This document shows, in pieces, positions 1 through 16,562 of a DNA stretch of 64,000 nucleotides; position 1 is the first letter of the stretch; every line of letters begins with the position of its first letter. Under the pieces are notes generated by a model, which saw only the letters and a list, made by a program, of their open reading frames with translations, searched no databases and was not told the DNA's origin. A program made the translations under genes and the position numbers. The stretch comes from the human T2T-CHM13v2.0 reference genome, Homo sapiens: assembly GCF_009914755.1 (NCBI RefSeq), contig NC_060926.1. One strand, written 5' to 3'.

Positions 1-1391
1 CATCTTTGTACTTATTATCCATAGGATGTTGGATGGGGAATTTCACTCTAGCATTGAGTATGCCTGGTATAGGATAAATTAATCTTTGGCTTGCCTGAGT
101 TGCTAGTCCTTGCTTTTCTTGGTTGAAGTTTCCCAGCATTCAGGGTTAAAATCTATAATACAGCACACCCAATAGCTGTGTCTGCCTCTTTAAGGTTTCA
201 TCTTTCTCTTACCTCGGGAGCTCGGGGGCTTTAGTGTGTTTTCGAAAGTCTTTACTTATTAACAGATGACTTCTATTAATTTGTGGAGAAAATTAGATAT
301 TATGAAAGGTAATGCCCAAACCTTATAAGCTATACCTCCAGAAACCTGATAAAAAATCTCACTTCTTTGCCTGTACTTTCCAATTTTTCATCCTGTAATG
401 CTGTTTCTAGTGTGATATCACAGTCAGTAAATTTTTCACTTCAGGTCGTGGCGAGAAGCCAGGTGGTTTTAAAGTCATTTGCTCAGGCAAAAGAAGAATG
501 GTCCATTTGGAGTTGAAGTATCCTGGAGGGCATTGTTGCAATTAGATAGATGTATGACCATGGGTTTTCATTAGAACACTAGGTATACACTCCATATCAT
601 TATTCTAAGAAACTGCACTCACAGACTGAGGTAGCGTAATACTACTGAGTCAATATCCCACAGATCTGTAAGCACAATTTCTAGGTAGGAGCCATCTTAA
701 TTCTATTTATTTATACCTTTATTATTTTTAATAGACAAAATCACTCTTAATTAACCCTATAGTACAGTTCTATAATCAAATTAATTTAAAGTCAGTCAGA
801 GGAAGGAAAAGAATGAGCTTTATAAGATCAATATTAATGTTTCTTTTTTATGTCCTACACCTAGTAATAATGCTATTACCCTGTTCTTCCTAACATAGAA
901 CCTATGCTCTTACAAAAAAAGGAAACTGTAACACCTTTCTGTAGAGTTCCTTCACATTACATGTTTATAAAGTTGAGACAAATATGTTATTTCTCCTTTT
1001 TATTTAAAGATTTTAAACCAAACCTTGAAGCAATTAAGTTAATAACTATAAAGACTTATGGGTAAAATGTAATTATAACAAATAAACTTAACATAAAATT
1101 TCTCCATAATAAAACAACTCCTATGTCTTCATTCATTCATTCATATCAATTTTTCTTGACAATCAGCAGCTACCTTTATACTGAATGCCTAGATGGCACT
1201 ACAAAAGATTCTAAAAATATAAAGGGATATGTAATATGATCTTTATATTTAATAGGTAACTTTTAGAGAAAGAAAATATGGACATTTAAAGGATTAATAA
1301 CAATACAGTAAAGCAAATTTCATCCATCAAACTGGGCTTCTTGGAGAAGTAATGAAGGAATGTTCCTCATTATGTTCTGTCCCTGTATTTA

Positions 1392-1720
<329 letters not shown>

Positions 1721-2088
1721 GGTTTGCTCAATGCACTGCCACTCTGACTTTCTGAAGAAGAGCTGCAGAGATTCAACATCAGCACATCTGTTGGGCATCT
1801 GAGGCAGAATTTATAGAGATTCTTGTCCTAATTTTAAAAGCCAGGGTCCTTCAAAACCCCACTAGAAAAATCATCTGGGATCTTCTGCCAATTTTGACCC
1901 CAAACAACTTTAAACACCATTCCTCTTCCATAACCTCAACCACTTCCATCTCCTTGCTGTAAGAAATATTCTGAAATTTGGTTAAACCCTGAAAACATTG
2001 CTTTCCTTTGCAACTATTTGGAATGAAAACCACTGCTTATTAATAATAATAGTGGTCATTTATTGAAAACCTTTTTTAAAAGCCTTGC

Positions 2089-3147
2089 TGTCTTAGGCAA
2101 TACAGGCTGCTATAACAAAATACTACACAGGCTTGCTGACTTATAAACAACAGAAATGTGTTTCTCACCATTCTGGAGGCTGGTAAGTCCACGATTAATC
2201 CACCAGCAGATTCAGCATCTGGTAAGAGCCAGCTCCCTCATAGGTAGCTGTCTTCTCACTGTAACCTCGCATGGAAGAAAGGACAATGGGGGGTTTTCTG
2301 AGGGTCTTTTTTATAAGGGCACTATAGGGAAAAGCTAACTGTTTTCTCCTACTGTCAACTCTAGTACTCACACTAAATACACTTCTGATCACAAAAGAAG
2401 AATTTCTCCCCTACTGATCAATTCTCCAGCTGGGCATCCTATAATTCAATTAAATTCTGACACTAACTAGAGTTGGAACAGAACATACAGATTAAGGACT
2501 CAGTTCCACAAGACTGCCTCCAATTTCAGATACTAGGTTACCTGTGCTTCTGACCAAGGGGCTATTTGTTGGAGGTTCCTACAACCTTCTTCTCAGCTTC
2601 AATCATTTGCTAGAGCAGTTTTCACATAACTCAGAAAGGCACTTATCTTACGTTTGCTGGTTTATCATAAAGGATATTACAAAAGACACAAATGAACAGG
2701 TAGATAGAAGACGTGCATAGGGCAAGGTATGTAGGTATTGTGTAAGCAGGATTGATTAAATCATTGGCCATTGATAACCAACTTTACCTTCAGCCACTCC
2801 TCCCCTCTTCAGAGGTCAGGGAGTAGAACTAAAAGTTTCAATCCTCTAATCATATATGTAGTTACTCTAGGGCTAGTTACTCCAGCCTTCTCTGTCATCA
2901 GTAATCTCATTAGCATAAAAAAAGACATTTATCACTTCCAGACTCCAAGGATTTTAGGAATTGTGTGCCAGAAAATAGGGCAGTGATGAAATATATATTT
3001 CTTATTTATGTCACAAGTACTAATGTCATTCATGAGGGCTCTATCTTCATGACAAAAATCCTCCCGAAGGCCCATCCTCCTTTCTGAGCTAAGAGTTACT
3101 ATCACCTTGGGGGTTAGTTTTTAAACATATGAGTTTGAGGGTGATGC
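2089..3147 (-). mobile_element. MLT1A/MST-type MaLR LTR, split by a MER21-like LTR
   Basis: TGTCTTAG...GGCTGCTATAACAAAATAC...TTCTGGAGGCTGG...TATAAGGGCAC. It resumes after 3015 with TAATGTCATTCATGAGGG...ATCACCTTGGGGGTTAG. Confidence 0.8.
2323..3015 (-). mobile_element. MER21-like solo LTR (ERVL class) nested in the MaLR LTR
   Basis: ACACTTCTGA, AATTCAATTAAATTCTGACACTAAC, and terminal ATATATATTTCTTATTTATGTCACA. Degenerate 5-bp TSD GGCAC/AGTAC. Confidence 0.72.
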
Positions 3148-3169
3148 TTGCCAAGCAAGGTAAAATACG

Positions 3170-3325
3170 AATATTATATATTTTTACTTTATTTAATCCT
3201 CACAATAACCTATAAGGTAGACACTATTATTTCAAATCATAGCTAAATGAAAATAAAACAAGAGGTTAAATAGTTTGCATCAAATCATAAAGCTACAAAG
3301 TGGCAGAGCTAGGATTCAGTCAAGA
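3170..3325 (-). mobile_element. MIR fragment
   Basis: ATTTAATCCTCACAATAACCTATAAGGTAG...GAGGTTAAATAG...GTGGCAGAGCTAGGATTC (MIR core). Confidence 0.75.
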
Positions 3326-3344
3326 TTGCCTACAAAACCTTCCT

Positions 3345-4160
3345 CTTTAACTTTTTAAAATAATTTCAGAATTACATAAAAGTTGACAAAATTACATAAT
3401 TAAATTTTAGATACCCTTCACCCAAATTACCCACATGTTAATGTTACTGAAATGCTAGGGGTTCAGTCTAGGTCCTATAGCTCACTGCACAAAAAGCCAA
3501 TCACTGAGACAATGAGTATTGCCAGGGAAGAAGGCATGAATCAGGTGCTGCAGTCGAGGAGAAAGGGAGATCAGTCTCACATCCGTGTCCCTGATTAACT
3601 AAAATTGGAGGATTTATATAGCAGGGAGGAAACATAAAACAGAAGTTAGGGAGGGGTAAAGAAGCAATCATAATGAATGAGGGGTCTCACTGTCTGGATA
3701 CCGTAATCTGTTGAGGTTTAATTCCTTTCCTGAAGGTTAGTTTCCTGAGGAAGGAAACTTAAGCTTCAAGTTTTAAGTCTAGGAAAACTTGTTTATTAAA
3801 AAAAAAAAGAAAACCTATAAACATTATTTCTATAGGATATTTGGGTCATTTTCATTAACATTTTATTACAATTGCTTTATCATTTTTTCTCTCTCCTTCT
3901 CCATCTCCCTCTCTCATTTGAATTATTTGAGAGTAAGTTTCAGGTATGATGGGCTTTTAATCTTACATACATTCTTGTTTATTTCCTTAAAATAAAGACT
4001 ATTCTTTTTCATCCACAATAATATCCTTTATAATAGGAGGAAGGTCAGAATTATGTGTTGCATTCAATGTCTTGTCTGTTTATTTTCCTTAATCTGGAAT
4101 TATTTCTGAGTCTTTTTTTGTATTTCATGATATTAACGTTTTCAATATCATTGAAACATT
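3345..4160 (-). mobile_element. Old L1M (L1MC-like) 3' fragment, split by an LTR
   Basis: AAATAATTTCAGAATTACATAAAAGTTG...ATACCCTTCACCCA...GTTAA. It resumes with TTAACATTTT...TGCTTTATC after 3854. Confidence 0.6.
3442..3854 (-). mobile_element. ERV1 (MER4-group, MER31-like) solo LTR
   Basis: TG...CA termini, internal AAAGCCAATCACTGAGACAATGAGTATTGCCAGGGAAGAAGGC, and a perfect 4-bp TSD TTAA (3438-3441 / 3855-3858). Confidence 0.8.
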
Positions 4161-4166
4161 CCCTGA

Positions 4167-4628
<462 letters not shown>

Positions 4629-5086
4629 TAGTGGAATAAGTATTCACTTTTTGCATTCATTTTTTAAAGAGGGTTCCAGAAGTATATTAGCTGCAGTTTC
4701 CACAAACTTATATCTGTCCCTGCTCCAGATATTTCATGTTCACATGTTCAGTTGGAATATACTAACTTTCCTCAGCACAAAAGATAAGTCAATCTTGCCA
4801 ACATTCACTGCCACCCTAGGTGTCTCTCATATACAGTTGGTAACTAAATCTTATCCATATTACTTATAAGAGTTTCTAGAATGTCTAACTTGCTTTGTCT
4901 CTAATATTGCCGTAGTCTCCCAGTCTCTCATTCCTGACCTTTAGCAAGTCTACCTTGTCTCTCACCTTCCAATTTTGTCACCTCTATCATCCATTTTCCT
5001 TCCTCTCTTCTTTTTCCATTATAGTGACTTGTATTGCATAACTAGATTGCTTAAAATGAGTCAGTTGCCTGAAATATACCCATTAG

Positions 5087-5398
<312 letters not shown>

Positions 5399-6051
5399 AA
5401 GACTACACTTTCCTACACACAAAGCCTCTGTGATCTAGTTTAGTGCCAACCTCTCCATAGTCATTTCCTACTCCTTCAACATTGTTTACCCGATCTAATG
5501 TTCTCTGCCTGTATCTTAGTAATTCAAAACCATCAATATTCCAAATATCCTATCATTCCAAAATACTCATGAAATGTAGCAGGCAATGTTATAACCCTGA
5601 GTCTCTGCATATGCCATTTGTTTTCTTGGGCTAGAAAGCTTTATCCCACTATCTCCATCTGATGAATTTCTATCCATCTTTTGAAAATCTCAGGTTAGCT
5701 CTTTTATGAGGCATTCACCAGAATCTCTTTGTGGAATGGTTAATTCCCAACTTTATTTTTCTACAACTTTATGTATTTCTACCTTGATTTTCAGACACTT
5801 TTATGTTTTTGGAACTTACATATTTACCTTTGTAAATATTACCTCTGTCACCCCCCACTGGAGTGTGAACAATTTGAGAGCACGGACTGTGTCTTAATTA
5901 GTTAATATTACTGTTGGTTGAACAGTAGCATGTAGCAAATGAGTCACAGACTTCTGCTGAATTAATATATTAATAAATCTTTTTCTATGGATCTCAGATC
6001 TTTCCCCATTATAATGGAATCAGCTTTGACTAATAGGAAGGATTTGAAAGA

Positions 6052-6790
6052 TGTGTCAGTCCAGGTCCACAGCAGGAAAAAAAGAAAAATAACCACAATG
6101 GTTTAGGGGAGAGAACTTATCAAAGGAACCACCCACAGAGGTGTGGAGAGGGTTCAGGGGACCAATAAGAGATGTTATATCACTCAGTCTCTAGCAACAA
6201 AAGGAGGAAATAATGTTACGAGAACCCAAAAAGAGCTGGAGGCATAGAGAAGGGACTAGAAGCAAAGCAATAGATAAGAAGAGACCAACCCACTGCCAGA
6301 AGCTCATCAGGAAAGCAGACAGAGCAGGAACCTAATACCCTGCCTTCTTTTCTTTCATGTTCCTATCTCCTGCTGGTATCTTTCAGTGGCTGAACCCACT
6401 GAAAAGCCAGCCGTCAGTGGAGTCTGGATGATACCTTCTCTGGAGTCAGCCTTCTGGGGCAAGGAGCAGGGCATTAGAAAAGCCAAAATGTCAAGCAGGA
6501 TGTGGTTAGAAACTAAGAATAAGAAATAGGCTGGGTGTGCTGACTCAAACCTGTAATCCCAGCACTTTGGAAGTCTAAGGCAGGAAGATCGCTTGAGCCC
6601 AGGAATTTAAGGCTGCAATGAGCCATGATCATGCCACTGCACTTCTGCCTGAGCAACAGACGGAGACCCTATCTCAAATAAATAAAATTAGAAAACTACA
6701 ATATTTTTATAAAAGCCAACAAAAAAATTAAAGAAAAAAATTTTAAGGCTGAAATAGACCTGAGTAGGGTAATAAAGAATAACCCACAGG
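6052..6790 (-). mobile_element. Old MLT1 (MaLR) LTR interrupted by an Alu monomer
   Basis: TGTGTCAGTCCAGGTCC...CAGGAAA start, CCTATCTCCTGCTGG...TGGCTGAACCCA...AAGCCAG motif, and an end at GAATAACCCACA. Confidence 0.55.
6529..6687 (+). mobile_element. FRAM-like Alu monomer
   Basis: Single ~150-bp monomer GGCTGGGTG...GATCGCTTGAGCCCAGG...GAGACCCTATCTC plus an A-rich tail. Confidence 0.85.
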
Positions 6791-9132
6791 ACAGATAAGA
6801 AAAACCCATGCAGAAGCGAGAGTTAATATTTGTTGTGCTCTATATTATCCAGACACCAAACTAAGCACTTTATATCATCCCTTTTAATCCTCCTCACAAT
6901 CCTATATTGTAGGCCTATTATTATTTACCCCTCCCAAAATAAAAAGAAACTTAGAGAAACTAAAATAAGTGATCTCAGATCACGCGCAGCTGATAATGCA
7001 CCTACTAGGCCCACCATTGGCTCCCTGTCAGAATTCAAGTTACATTTTATGCATGGGCTAGATTACTTTCTCCAAAGCCCTCCCTCTGGATACGAATTCT
7101 AAAGTGGGTCTCAAATAGAGAAGGGTAGGTGATGTATAACCACACTGCCTTATGATTTCCTTACAATGAATTTTAGCCTAATTCTTAAGTTCGTTGTAGT
7201 CATTGCCTCGTAAATAGAAAAATGAAGAAGAGTTGGTATAGTTAGGGTTTCCATGGCTCACTATTACCATGGCTGCTTCTCTTTACTTCCAAATCCTCCA
7301 CACCAGAACAAAGCAATCTCCCAATATCTTCTATATTTTGTAAAGAAACGCCCATATTAGATTTTAAGCACTCCTTTTCAATGGCTAATGCTTAATTGTT
7401 TGAGCTGCAAGCCATTCCACCTCAATTTCTGGGGTCTAAAAATATAATTAATAGAATATTCATTTCAGTAAAATCTTTCCCAAAACAATACAAAGACTCA
7501 GAGAGTTTGTTTATAAAGAATTTTACATGTGTGTACCTAAGGCTTTTTACATAATTACTGAAGATTTTTACTTAATAATTTAAAAGAAAGACTACTACAG
7601 TTCAGATAAGAGGCACAAGTACAGCTAAGAGATAGTAAATTAAGACCCAGGGGGAAAGTTTGAAGGAAGTGCCATTATGTAGCCTATAAAAGAAAAGTAG
7701 CCAAATAAAGTTGAAATAAAGGTTTCTAAGAATGTGAAATACAGCTAAAGATAGGTGATAAATTCAGCTTAGCCCATCCACCTGTGTGTACAACCCAGTT
7801 CTGGGCACTCTGGAAGATACAAAAGTGGACCAGCTATCACCCCTGCTTAATTAAGATTGGGTGATATCTTCATAGACAAATACCCAAAAATACAAGGTTT
7901 AATAGATGCTTTGTGTGAAGGACATTGATTCCACCATGGAGTTAGTTCATCACTATCTCTTTCCTAGATAACTGTGATAACCTTCCACTCTTGGCCCCTC
8001 ACTAGATAGTATACACAGCAGCTAGAATGATCCTTTAGGACCTAAGTCAGCTCATGTCACTCCTCTGCTCAAAATTCTCCAGTGGGCCCCAGCACAACTT
8101 CTTACCATAGTTTACAAGGCCCTCAGTGATTTGGTCCTTCATTACTTTTCCTGCACTACCTCCTTCATTCTCTTCCTCACTTGCTGCATTCCAGCCTCCC
8201 TTGTCTTCATGCATTTCCTCCTGTTCACCATGTACACTTGGCCTCATGGCATCTGTAGTCGCTATGTTTATTCACTAAATGAATTCTTGGTTTTCATTGT
8301 AAGGGAATGGGCATTATTTGTTGTTTAAACTATTTTTCAAAGGCAGAACTGTTTAAAACATGCCTTAGAAAATCAGTAAGATTTTTGATAGAAAGAAATG
8401 AGAGGAAAATGAGAAAAAGTATCTCAGTATTAAATAGTATTGGTTGAAGGAAAGTATGACTTTAAGAATAATGAAAAATTGAGATTGAAAGGAGCACAGG
8501 ATGTCTAAAGAACAGCAGTGGAGATAAAATTAGGACAGCAAGGTGTAATGGGATTATGGATGACTTTAAATGTCACATTGGGACACTATTTATCAGTAAA
8601 AACTGACTGAATAGTAGCTATTTTTAGAAAATTTAATTTTTCCAACAGCATGCAGAAAAATGTTGGAGGAAAGGGAGATGAAATAGAGAGCCATGGCAGT
8701 AGTTTAGACAAAAGAAAGTAAAGTTCCAAAAAAGGGAGTTGTAGTAAGAACAAAATGAGATTAGGGATTAAAGGAGGATTACAAGGCAAGGGGTAAGAAA
8801 GATAATGCTTTACCCAAAGGATTTGAATGAAAGATCTGATGGGATAATCCAACAAAAATAAACAGCAAATCCTTTTCTGAAGTGGTAGCTCAAGTCTATA
8901 GATTGAACTGAAATTTTTCAAGAAAAAATCTAGACAATCTAGAGTGTTCAAGAACAATCTAGACACAGACCAATAACTGAAAATTCAGAAAAGCCCATAT
9001 TGCTGGAACATATTGGAGAAAATAGGGCAGAGCATGAGATTGGTAACATACAGTCAGAGGGGAAGCAAATGGAGAGTATCCATGGCTGTAGAACCTAAGA
9101 GAGGAGGCTTTCAGCATAAAACAATCAATAGA

Positions 9133-9437
9133 GGTCAGGCGCGGTGGCTGACGCCTGTAATCCCAGCACTTTGGGAGACCGAGGTGGGTGGATCACCTGG
9201 GGTCAGGAGTTCGAGACCAGCCTGGCCAATGTGGTGAAACCCTGTCTCTACTAAAAATACAAAAATCAGCCAGGTGTGGTGGCAGATGCCTGTAGTCCGA
9301 GCTACTAGGAAGAGTGAGGCAGGAGAATCACTTGAACCCAGAGAGGGTGGAGGTTGCAGTGAGCTGAGATCGTGCCATTGCACTCCAGCCTGGGCAATAA
9401 GAGTGAAACTTTGTCTCAAAAAAATAAAAATAAAAAT
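9133..9437 (+). mobile_element. AluSq-type SINE
   Basis: Full Alu. TSD AATCAATAGA at 9123-9132 and 9438-9447. Confidence 0.97.
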
Positions 9438-9784
9438 AATCAATAGAGTCAAATGATATAGAAGAGTCATTGGAATGATACTGGGAAGTCCCAGGATTTG
9501 GCAAGTAAGTTTTCACTGATAAACATTCATGGAGTAGTTTATGTAAAGCGGTGAGGTAATGGTAAAAAGAGCCAGCATTGGAGAAGGTATGAGATGGAAG
9601 TTCACATCAAAGGAATTGCAAAATAAGAGGCAAGAACGTTTTAAATAATAGAACACAGTATCTGACACATAATAAGTAGATGTTCAATAAATACTCGTTG
9701 AATAAATAACTACTTATTTAATAGGGAGACACTGAAGGTAAAATAGAATCATTTCTAAAATTTAGTAGGATGAAAATACAGCAA

Positions 9785-10630
<846 letters not shown>

Positions 10631-11120
10631 CTTGATGTAGAAAGGATAAAATGCAGGAGAGTGCACATGGATAACTTTAGGCATTACTGTACATTAAGTT
10701 ATGAATGAGTTAATTTCATTGATTGCACCCTTGCTTCCACCTTGCTCAGGCCCCCGGCAATTCTGACTCAACCCACTGCAATGACCCTGCCCTGGATCTT
10801 GTCCCACTCCAATGTATTTTTCCTACTGAAGCCAAAGTGACCTTCCTAAAGGACGTATTCAATTATTTCACTATCCCACCTAAAATGCAGATAAACACAT
10901 AAGATAGTTTAAGCAGAAATAACTTTATTAAAAATAATTAAACAACAACAGACAATATATTAGGACAGAAGGCTAGAGAATCAGGCTTAGAGACTATATC
11001 AACAGGAGGAAAATAAATTTCTGAATTTACCACCCAACTGCTCTTGCAGAGACTCTGTCTCTGCTATTGCTAGTCACAGCAAAGATCACCAGCCCTGGAC
11101 ACTACAAGCTGCCATGCTAG

Positions 11121-11634
<514 letters not shown>

Positions 11635-11789
11635 TCAAACTAGTCTCTTCTGAATTGATATGTTGGTAGATCTGCCTGGTGAACCTTGCACAGGCATAAA
11701 CTCTGGACTGCTGGGAGGCAAGGAAAGCACTTTTCTAGCTTAACTTGAAAAATCAATGCTTGAGATGAGATGAAATGTAATGAAGGTCT

Positions 11790-11982
11790 ACCACATACTT
11801 GTATGCTATTACTGCCATAATCACAATGTATCTTAGTTGCTTGATTTTTGGTCTGTCCTATTCATTAACTCCATGAAGTCAGGGTCCATGTCTGTGTCAT
11901 TCACTATTTATTTCCTAACAGCTAGCAGAGCACCTGGTGTATAGTAAATGCTAAAAATATTATTTATTGAATGAATGAATGG
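11790..11982 (+). mobile_element. L2 3' end
   Basis: CTCCATGAAGTCAGGG...AGCACCTGGTGTATAGTAAATGCT...TTGAATGAATGAATG terminus. Confidence 0.75.
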
Positions 11983-12717
11983 CTTGTAATTGGGGCTTGA
12001 AGATAGTTTCAAACAGCTGTTACAATTATAATGTGGGAATTATAATTGGGAGTCAATTAGAGAAGACTAAAAGAATTGCTGAGTTGCATTTTATATCCTG
12101 CCAAGTTAGGGAGAATGCTTTTGTGCTGGAACTAATCACCACTGTTTAGTGAGTTTCTCAAGCAAGGCTAAAAAGCCTGGAAGGAAAAACTTAGGAATCT
12201 AAGCCAGTTTGTGGTTAGAAAAGGATTTGTGAGTAGAAGGCTAAAGACAGTCTGAGCTCACACCAAATGAAATATGCATACATAAAATGACTGACCGTAG
12301 AATTTAAGTTGTTTAAGAAATAAACCAGAAAAGGGATGGACAGTCAGTGAAAATGTGGAAAGATGAAATGAGTGAAGATGATAATAAAGGCAAAGATACA
12401 GTTTAGCATAACAGACTGGGAAGATATTTTACTCCACCTACCACCAAATTGTTACAGCGTAGTCTGTTGTACCTCCCATTCTCAATCCTACTCACTTTTA
12501 TGCACCAACCTTGGCTAAAGTATTCATGGGCCAAAAGCCCCAAAGTACCTTCTCCCCGATCCAGAGTTGCTGAGAATTAAATTGTCCATTCTGAGCCACT
12601 AGACACAATCTGGCCCTGGCCCCCTTGTGTTTTTTTCTCTTTGCCAATCAGAAGCCAATGTTGACAGAATTAGTTATAGTTACCTGTTTGCTTTCCAGTT
12701 TTTTCCTTATCTTTCTC

Positions 12718-13227
12718 TGCCAAGACCAGCTGGGTTGCGGAGACCCTAACCCAGCAGCGCTAGAGGAATTAAAGACACACACACAGAAATATAGACGTGT
12801 AAAGTGGGAAATCAGGGGTCTCACAGCCTTCAGAGCTGAGAGCCCCGAACAGAGATTTACCCACATATTTATTAACAGCAAACCAGTCATTAGCATTGTT
12901 TCTATAGCTATTAAATTCACTGAAAGTATCCCTTATGGGAAACGAAGGGATGAGCCGAATTAAAGGAATAGGTTGGGCTAGTTAACTGCAGCAGGAACAT
13001 GCTCTTAAGGCATAAATTGCTCATGCTTTTGTTTGTGGCTTAAGAATGCCTTTAAGCGGTTTTCCGCCCTGGGTGGGCCAGGTGTTCCTTGCCCTCATTG
13101 CAGTAAACCCACAACTTTTCAGCTTGGGCATTAGGGCCATTATGGACATGTTACAGTGCTGCAGAGATTTTATTTATGGCCAGTTTTGGGGCCAGTTTAT
13201 GGCCAGATTTTGGGGGGCTTGCTCCCA
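12718..13227 (-). mobile_element. MER9 solo LTR (HERV-K HML-3)
   Basis: Close match to the MER9 consensus throughout (GGAGACCCTAACCCAG, GGCCAGTTTTGGGGCCAGTTTATGGCCAGATTTTGGGGGGCTTGCTCCCA). Candidate 6-bp TSD TTTCTC/TTACTC. Confidence 0.93.
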
Positions 13228-13759
13228 TTACTCCACGTTTGTTTGCAAATGCTTGTCTCCCACTGCCACACCTCATGGGTTCAATCTTTAGAACTGGTTG
13301 TCTGTTTTATGCCCTGTCTCTTATTTCTAAACAGATAGTCCCTGAAGTGCTGGAATGTGCTCAGAATGCTGCCACATATTGCAAGATCCGCTATCTTGCT
13401 CTGGATATGCCTCTCTTCAGACCAGAACCTTGTCCCAGTTATTAGACTGGCAGTGGAATCCTGTACTGATCCCATACATGACAAGTGCCCATCCTCCTGT
13501 CTCTTTAATCTTGGCCACCCTCTGGATGGCCTCACATTGGGATATCACCAGAACTCATGTTGATTGTGCCTGAGTTGAGACTGAGCTGCATTTGCCTCTT
13601 GGACTCTGCAGCTTGCTCACTTGTTTGCTCCTTTAGCAGGAAGTCAGTCTCCACTGCAAGGTCATCTACAACATATAATCCTGAAAAAGTATTAATATTG
13701 AGATTTATGCCCATTACTTAGACTATGACTAAATACAAAGTTAAGAGTGTACTAAATGA

Positions 13760-14329
13760 AAGGATGGTCTAGGTTAAGCTGTAGTAGCAAATGTCTCTGA
13801 AATCTCAGTGACTTACAGCAGAGTCAGAAACTTCTTCTGCAAAAGGCTAGTAGGTAAATATTTTAAGCTTTGTGAGTCACTTGACGTCTGTTGCAACTAC
13901 TCATCACAGTGTGAATGCAGCCAGCAAGTGAATACATAAGCAAAGGAGCGTGGCTGTGTTTCAATAAAACTTTACTTACAAAAACAAATAGGGTTTTAGT
14001 TTACTGTCCACTGATTTATTTCATGCTCACAGCTTATTACAGGTTAGGTGCATGATACGTTCCACATTGTCACGACTGGCACTCTGGAACCCAAGCTAAT
14101 GAAAGAGCCACAATTTGGAACATTACTTTTAATTGTAGCAAAAGAAAAGTTGCAAGATACTCACTAGTTCTTAAAGCTTTTGTCCAGAAGTGGCATATGT
14201 CATTTTAACTCATATTTCATCAACCAGTGCATATCGTGTGTTCTTGCTGAGTTTAACAGAGCAAAGAAGCATTAATCTCCTACAGATGAAGGGAACTAAG
14301 AAATGGTAAGCAGTAATATAGTGTACAAC
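13760..14329 (-). mobile_element. Old MLT1 (MaLR) LTR containing a MER58
   Basis: AGGTTAAGCTGTAGTAGCAAA...AATCTCAGTGACTTA start and AGTAATATAGTGTACAACA end. Confidence 0.6.
13819..14013. mobile_element. MER58A-like hAT-Charlie MITE
   Basis: CAGAGTCAGAAACT...GTAAATATTTTAAGCTTTG...GCGTGGCTGTGTTTCAATAAAACTTTA...CACTG. Confidence 0.8.
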
Positions 14330-15519
14330 AAGGATTTGTGGTAAGAAAAGGAATTCCAAGCTTAAAAGCCTTCATGATGCAGCTTTAGATAATAAAGAAG
14401 TTCAAAGTAGTGTGCTTTAAGATAGCTGAAGAAAAATGGCATGGAATATGATTGGAGTTGAGAGAGTTGAGTAACTATGAACCCTGCATATGTCAAAGTT
14501 CATTAGTATTCACATGGAAGTGAACACTAGCTGTCCTTTATATCTGTCAAAAAAAAAAAGAACAAGAAAAATAACAACATAATATCTTAGATAATGTGCC
14601 AGATCTGTGTAGCTCTGAAATTCCCTGAATATTCTAGCCCAGTAAGAGACAGGCAAAAGATCATGTAAAAAAAATAATGTAAACGCCATGATTTATTCCT
14701 AGTGCACACCAAAATACATTAGAAGTCTCAACTGTTGAACCTAATTATTTATTTTATAATTCCCTCTCTCTCCATACATATATATCCTAAATATAAAATT
14801 TATATTCAAAATTTGAAAATATCTTGAAATAACCACCTATGCAGTAAATCAATTAAATATTGTCATATATATTTGAAAAAATGAGAAACCAGTGGTGTAC
14901 ATTTGATGGCTGTTTTAGCATTTTATTGTTGCATTGGAAAAGAGGATTAGCTACTTTTTTCGGCATGGTGGAGCAAGATAGAAAAGATGAAGAAAGGGAA
15001 GGGGTAAGCATACATTATCACAGTTGCTTTCACCATTTCTTCTCCATAATGCGCAGGAGAAATAAAATTCTAATAATCAAAATTCCTGAACCAGTAGCTG
15101 TTATTTCACTCCTCTGCATGCATAAAATCACAAAGAAATATAAGAGGTGGATAGAAAAAGTATTTAGTGATAACTCTGAACCCACTCTACTCTTAAGCGT
15201 TTTAAACAAAACATAGACAGTGTTTGGTTTTGTTTGCTTTGTTAACTGGTATTGGTAATAAGCTACGTGCAACAATTCTGAGAAGTGACGGGGGCATGGC
15301 AATGTCATTAGACCCAGACACAGAACAGCTGAATTAGAATATGTTACCGGAGCACTCAAACTAGAACAGTCATGATCCTGTTAATTATTGTACTTATCAT
15401 TTGATCTGCAGTCTAACTAGTAGATCGAATGCTGAGTGTAATAGTTTATTGGTTTAATCAGTTAAGGGCAACTCTCAGGAGAGGTTTGCCTTGGCCTCTG
15501 TTTCAAATGTGTAACTTTG

Positions 15520-16529
15520 CATGTGTTTTTGCCGCCTGTATTTCTTTTGAGAGAAAGGAAATTTCTGTTCACGCCCTTTGTCAGTTTTTAATGGGGTTGT
15601 TTGGTTTTTGCTGTTGTTGTTGTTGAGTTGATTGAGTCCCTTGTAGATTCTAGTTATTAGTCCTTTGTTAGAGGCATAACTTGCAAATATTTTCTCCCAT
15701 TCAGTAGGTTGTCTCTTGATTATTTATTTTTCTTTGCAGAAGCTTTTTAGTTTAAGTTTTTTTTTTTTTTTTTTTTTTTGCTTTTGTTGTATTTACTTTT
15801 GGGATATTTATCATAAACTCTTCGCTTAATCCTATGTCCAGAAAAGTTTTTCCTAGGTTTTCTTCTTGGATTTCTATAGTTTGAGATTTCACATTTAAGT
15901 CTTTAATTAACTTTGAGTTCATTTCTGTACATGGTGAGAGATAGGAATACAGTTTCATTTTTCTTCATATGGGTAGTCAATTTTCCCAGAACCCTTTATT
16001 GAAGAGGGTGTCCTTTCCTCATTCCTTATTTTTGTCGACTTTGCAAAGATCAGTTGGTTCTAAGTATGTAGCTTTATTTCTGGGCTCTTTATTCTACTCT
16101 TTTGATCTTGAAAAATGCTCAACATCAGTAATCATCAGGGAAATGCAAATTAAAACCACATTGAGATATTGTCTTACATCAGTCAGAATGGCTAACATTA
16201 AAAAGCCAAAAACCAACAGATGTTGGTGTGGATTGTAGAAAAGGAAATCATATACACTGCTGGTGAGAATGTAAATTAGTTCAACCTGTATGGAAATCAG
16301 TATGGAGATATCTCAAGGAACTAAAAATAGAACTCCCATTCGACCTCACAATCTCACTTCTAGAAATCTACCCAAAGGAAAAAAAAATCTTTTTATAAAA
16401 AAGACACCTGCATGCTATGTTTATTGCAGCACTATTCACAATAGCAAAGTCAGGAAACCAACCTGTGTCCATCAATGATTGATTGAATAAAGAAAAGGTG
16501 AAATGTATCTATATATCTATATACACCAT

Positions 16530-16562
<33 letters not shown>

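Noticed and set aside
14860-15359. Overlapping 118- and 109-aa ORFs in non-repeat sequence
   Set aside because: No recognisable domain or supporting splice structure, and the lengths are compatible with chance.
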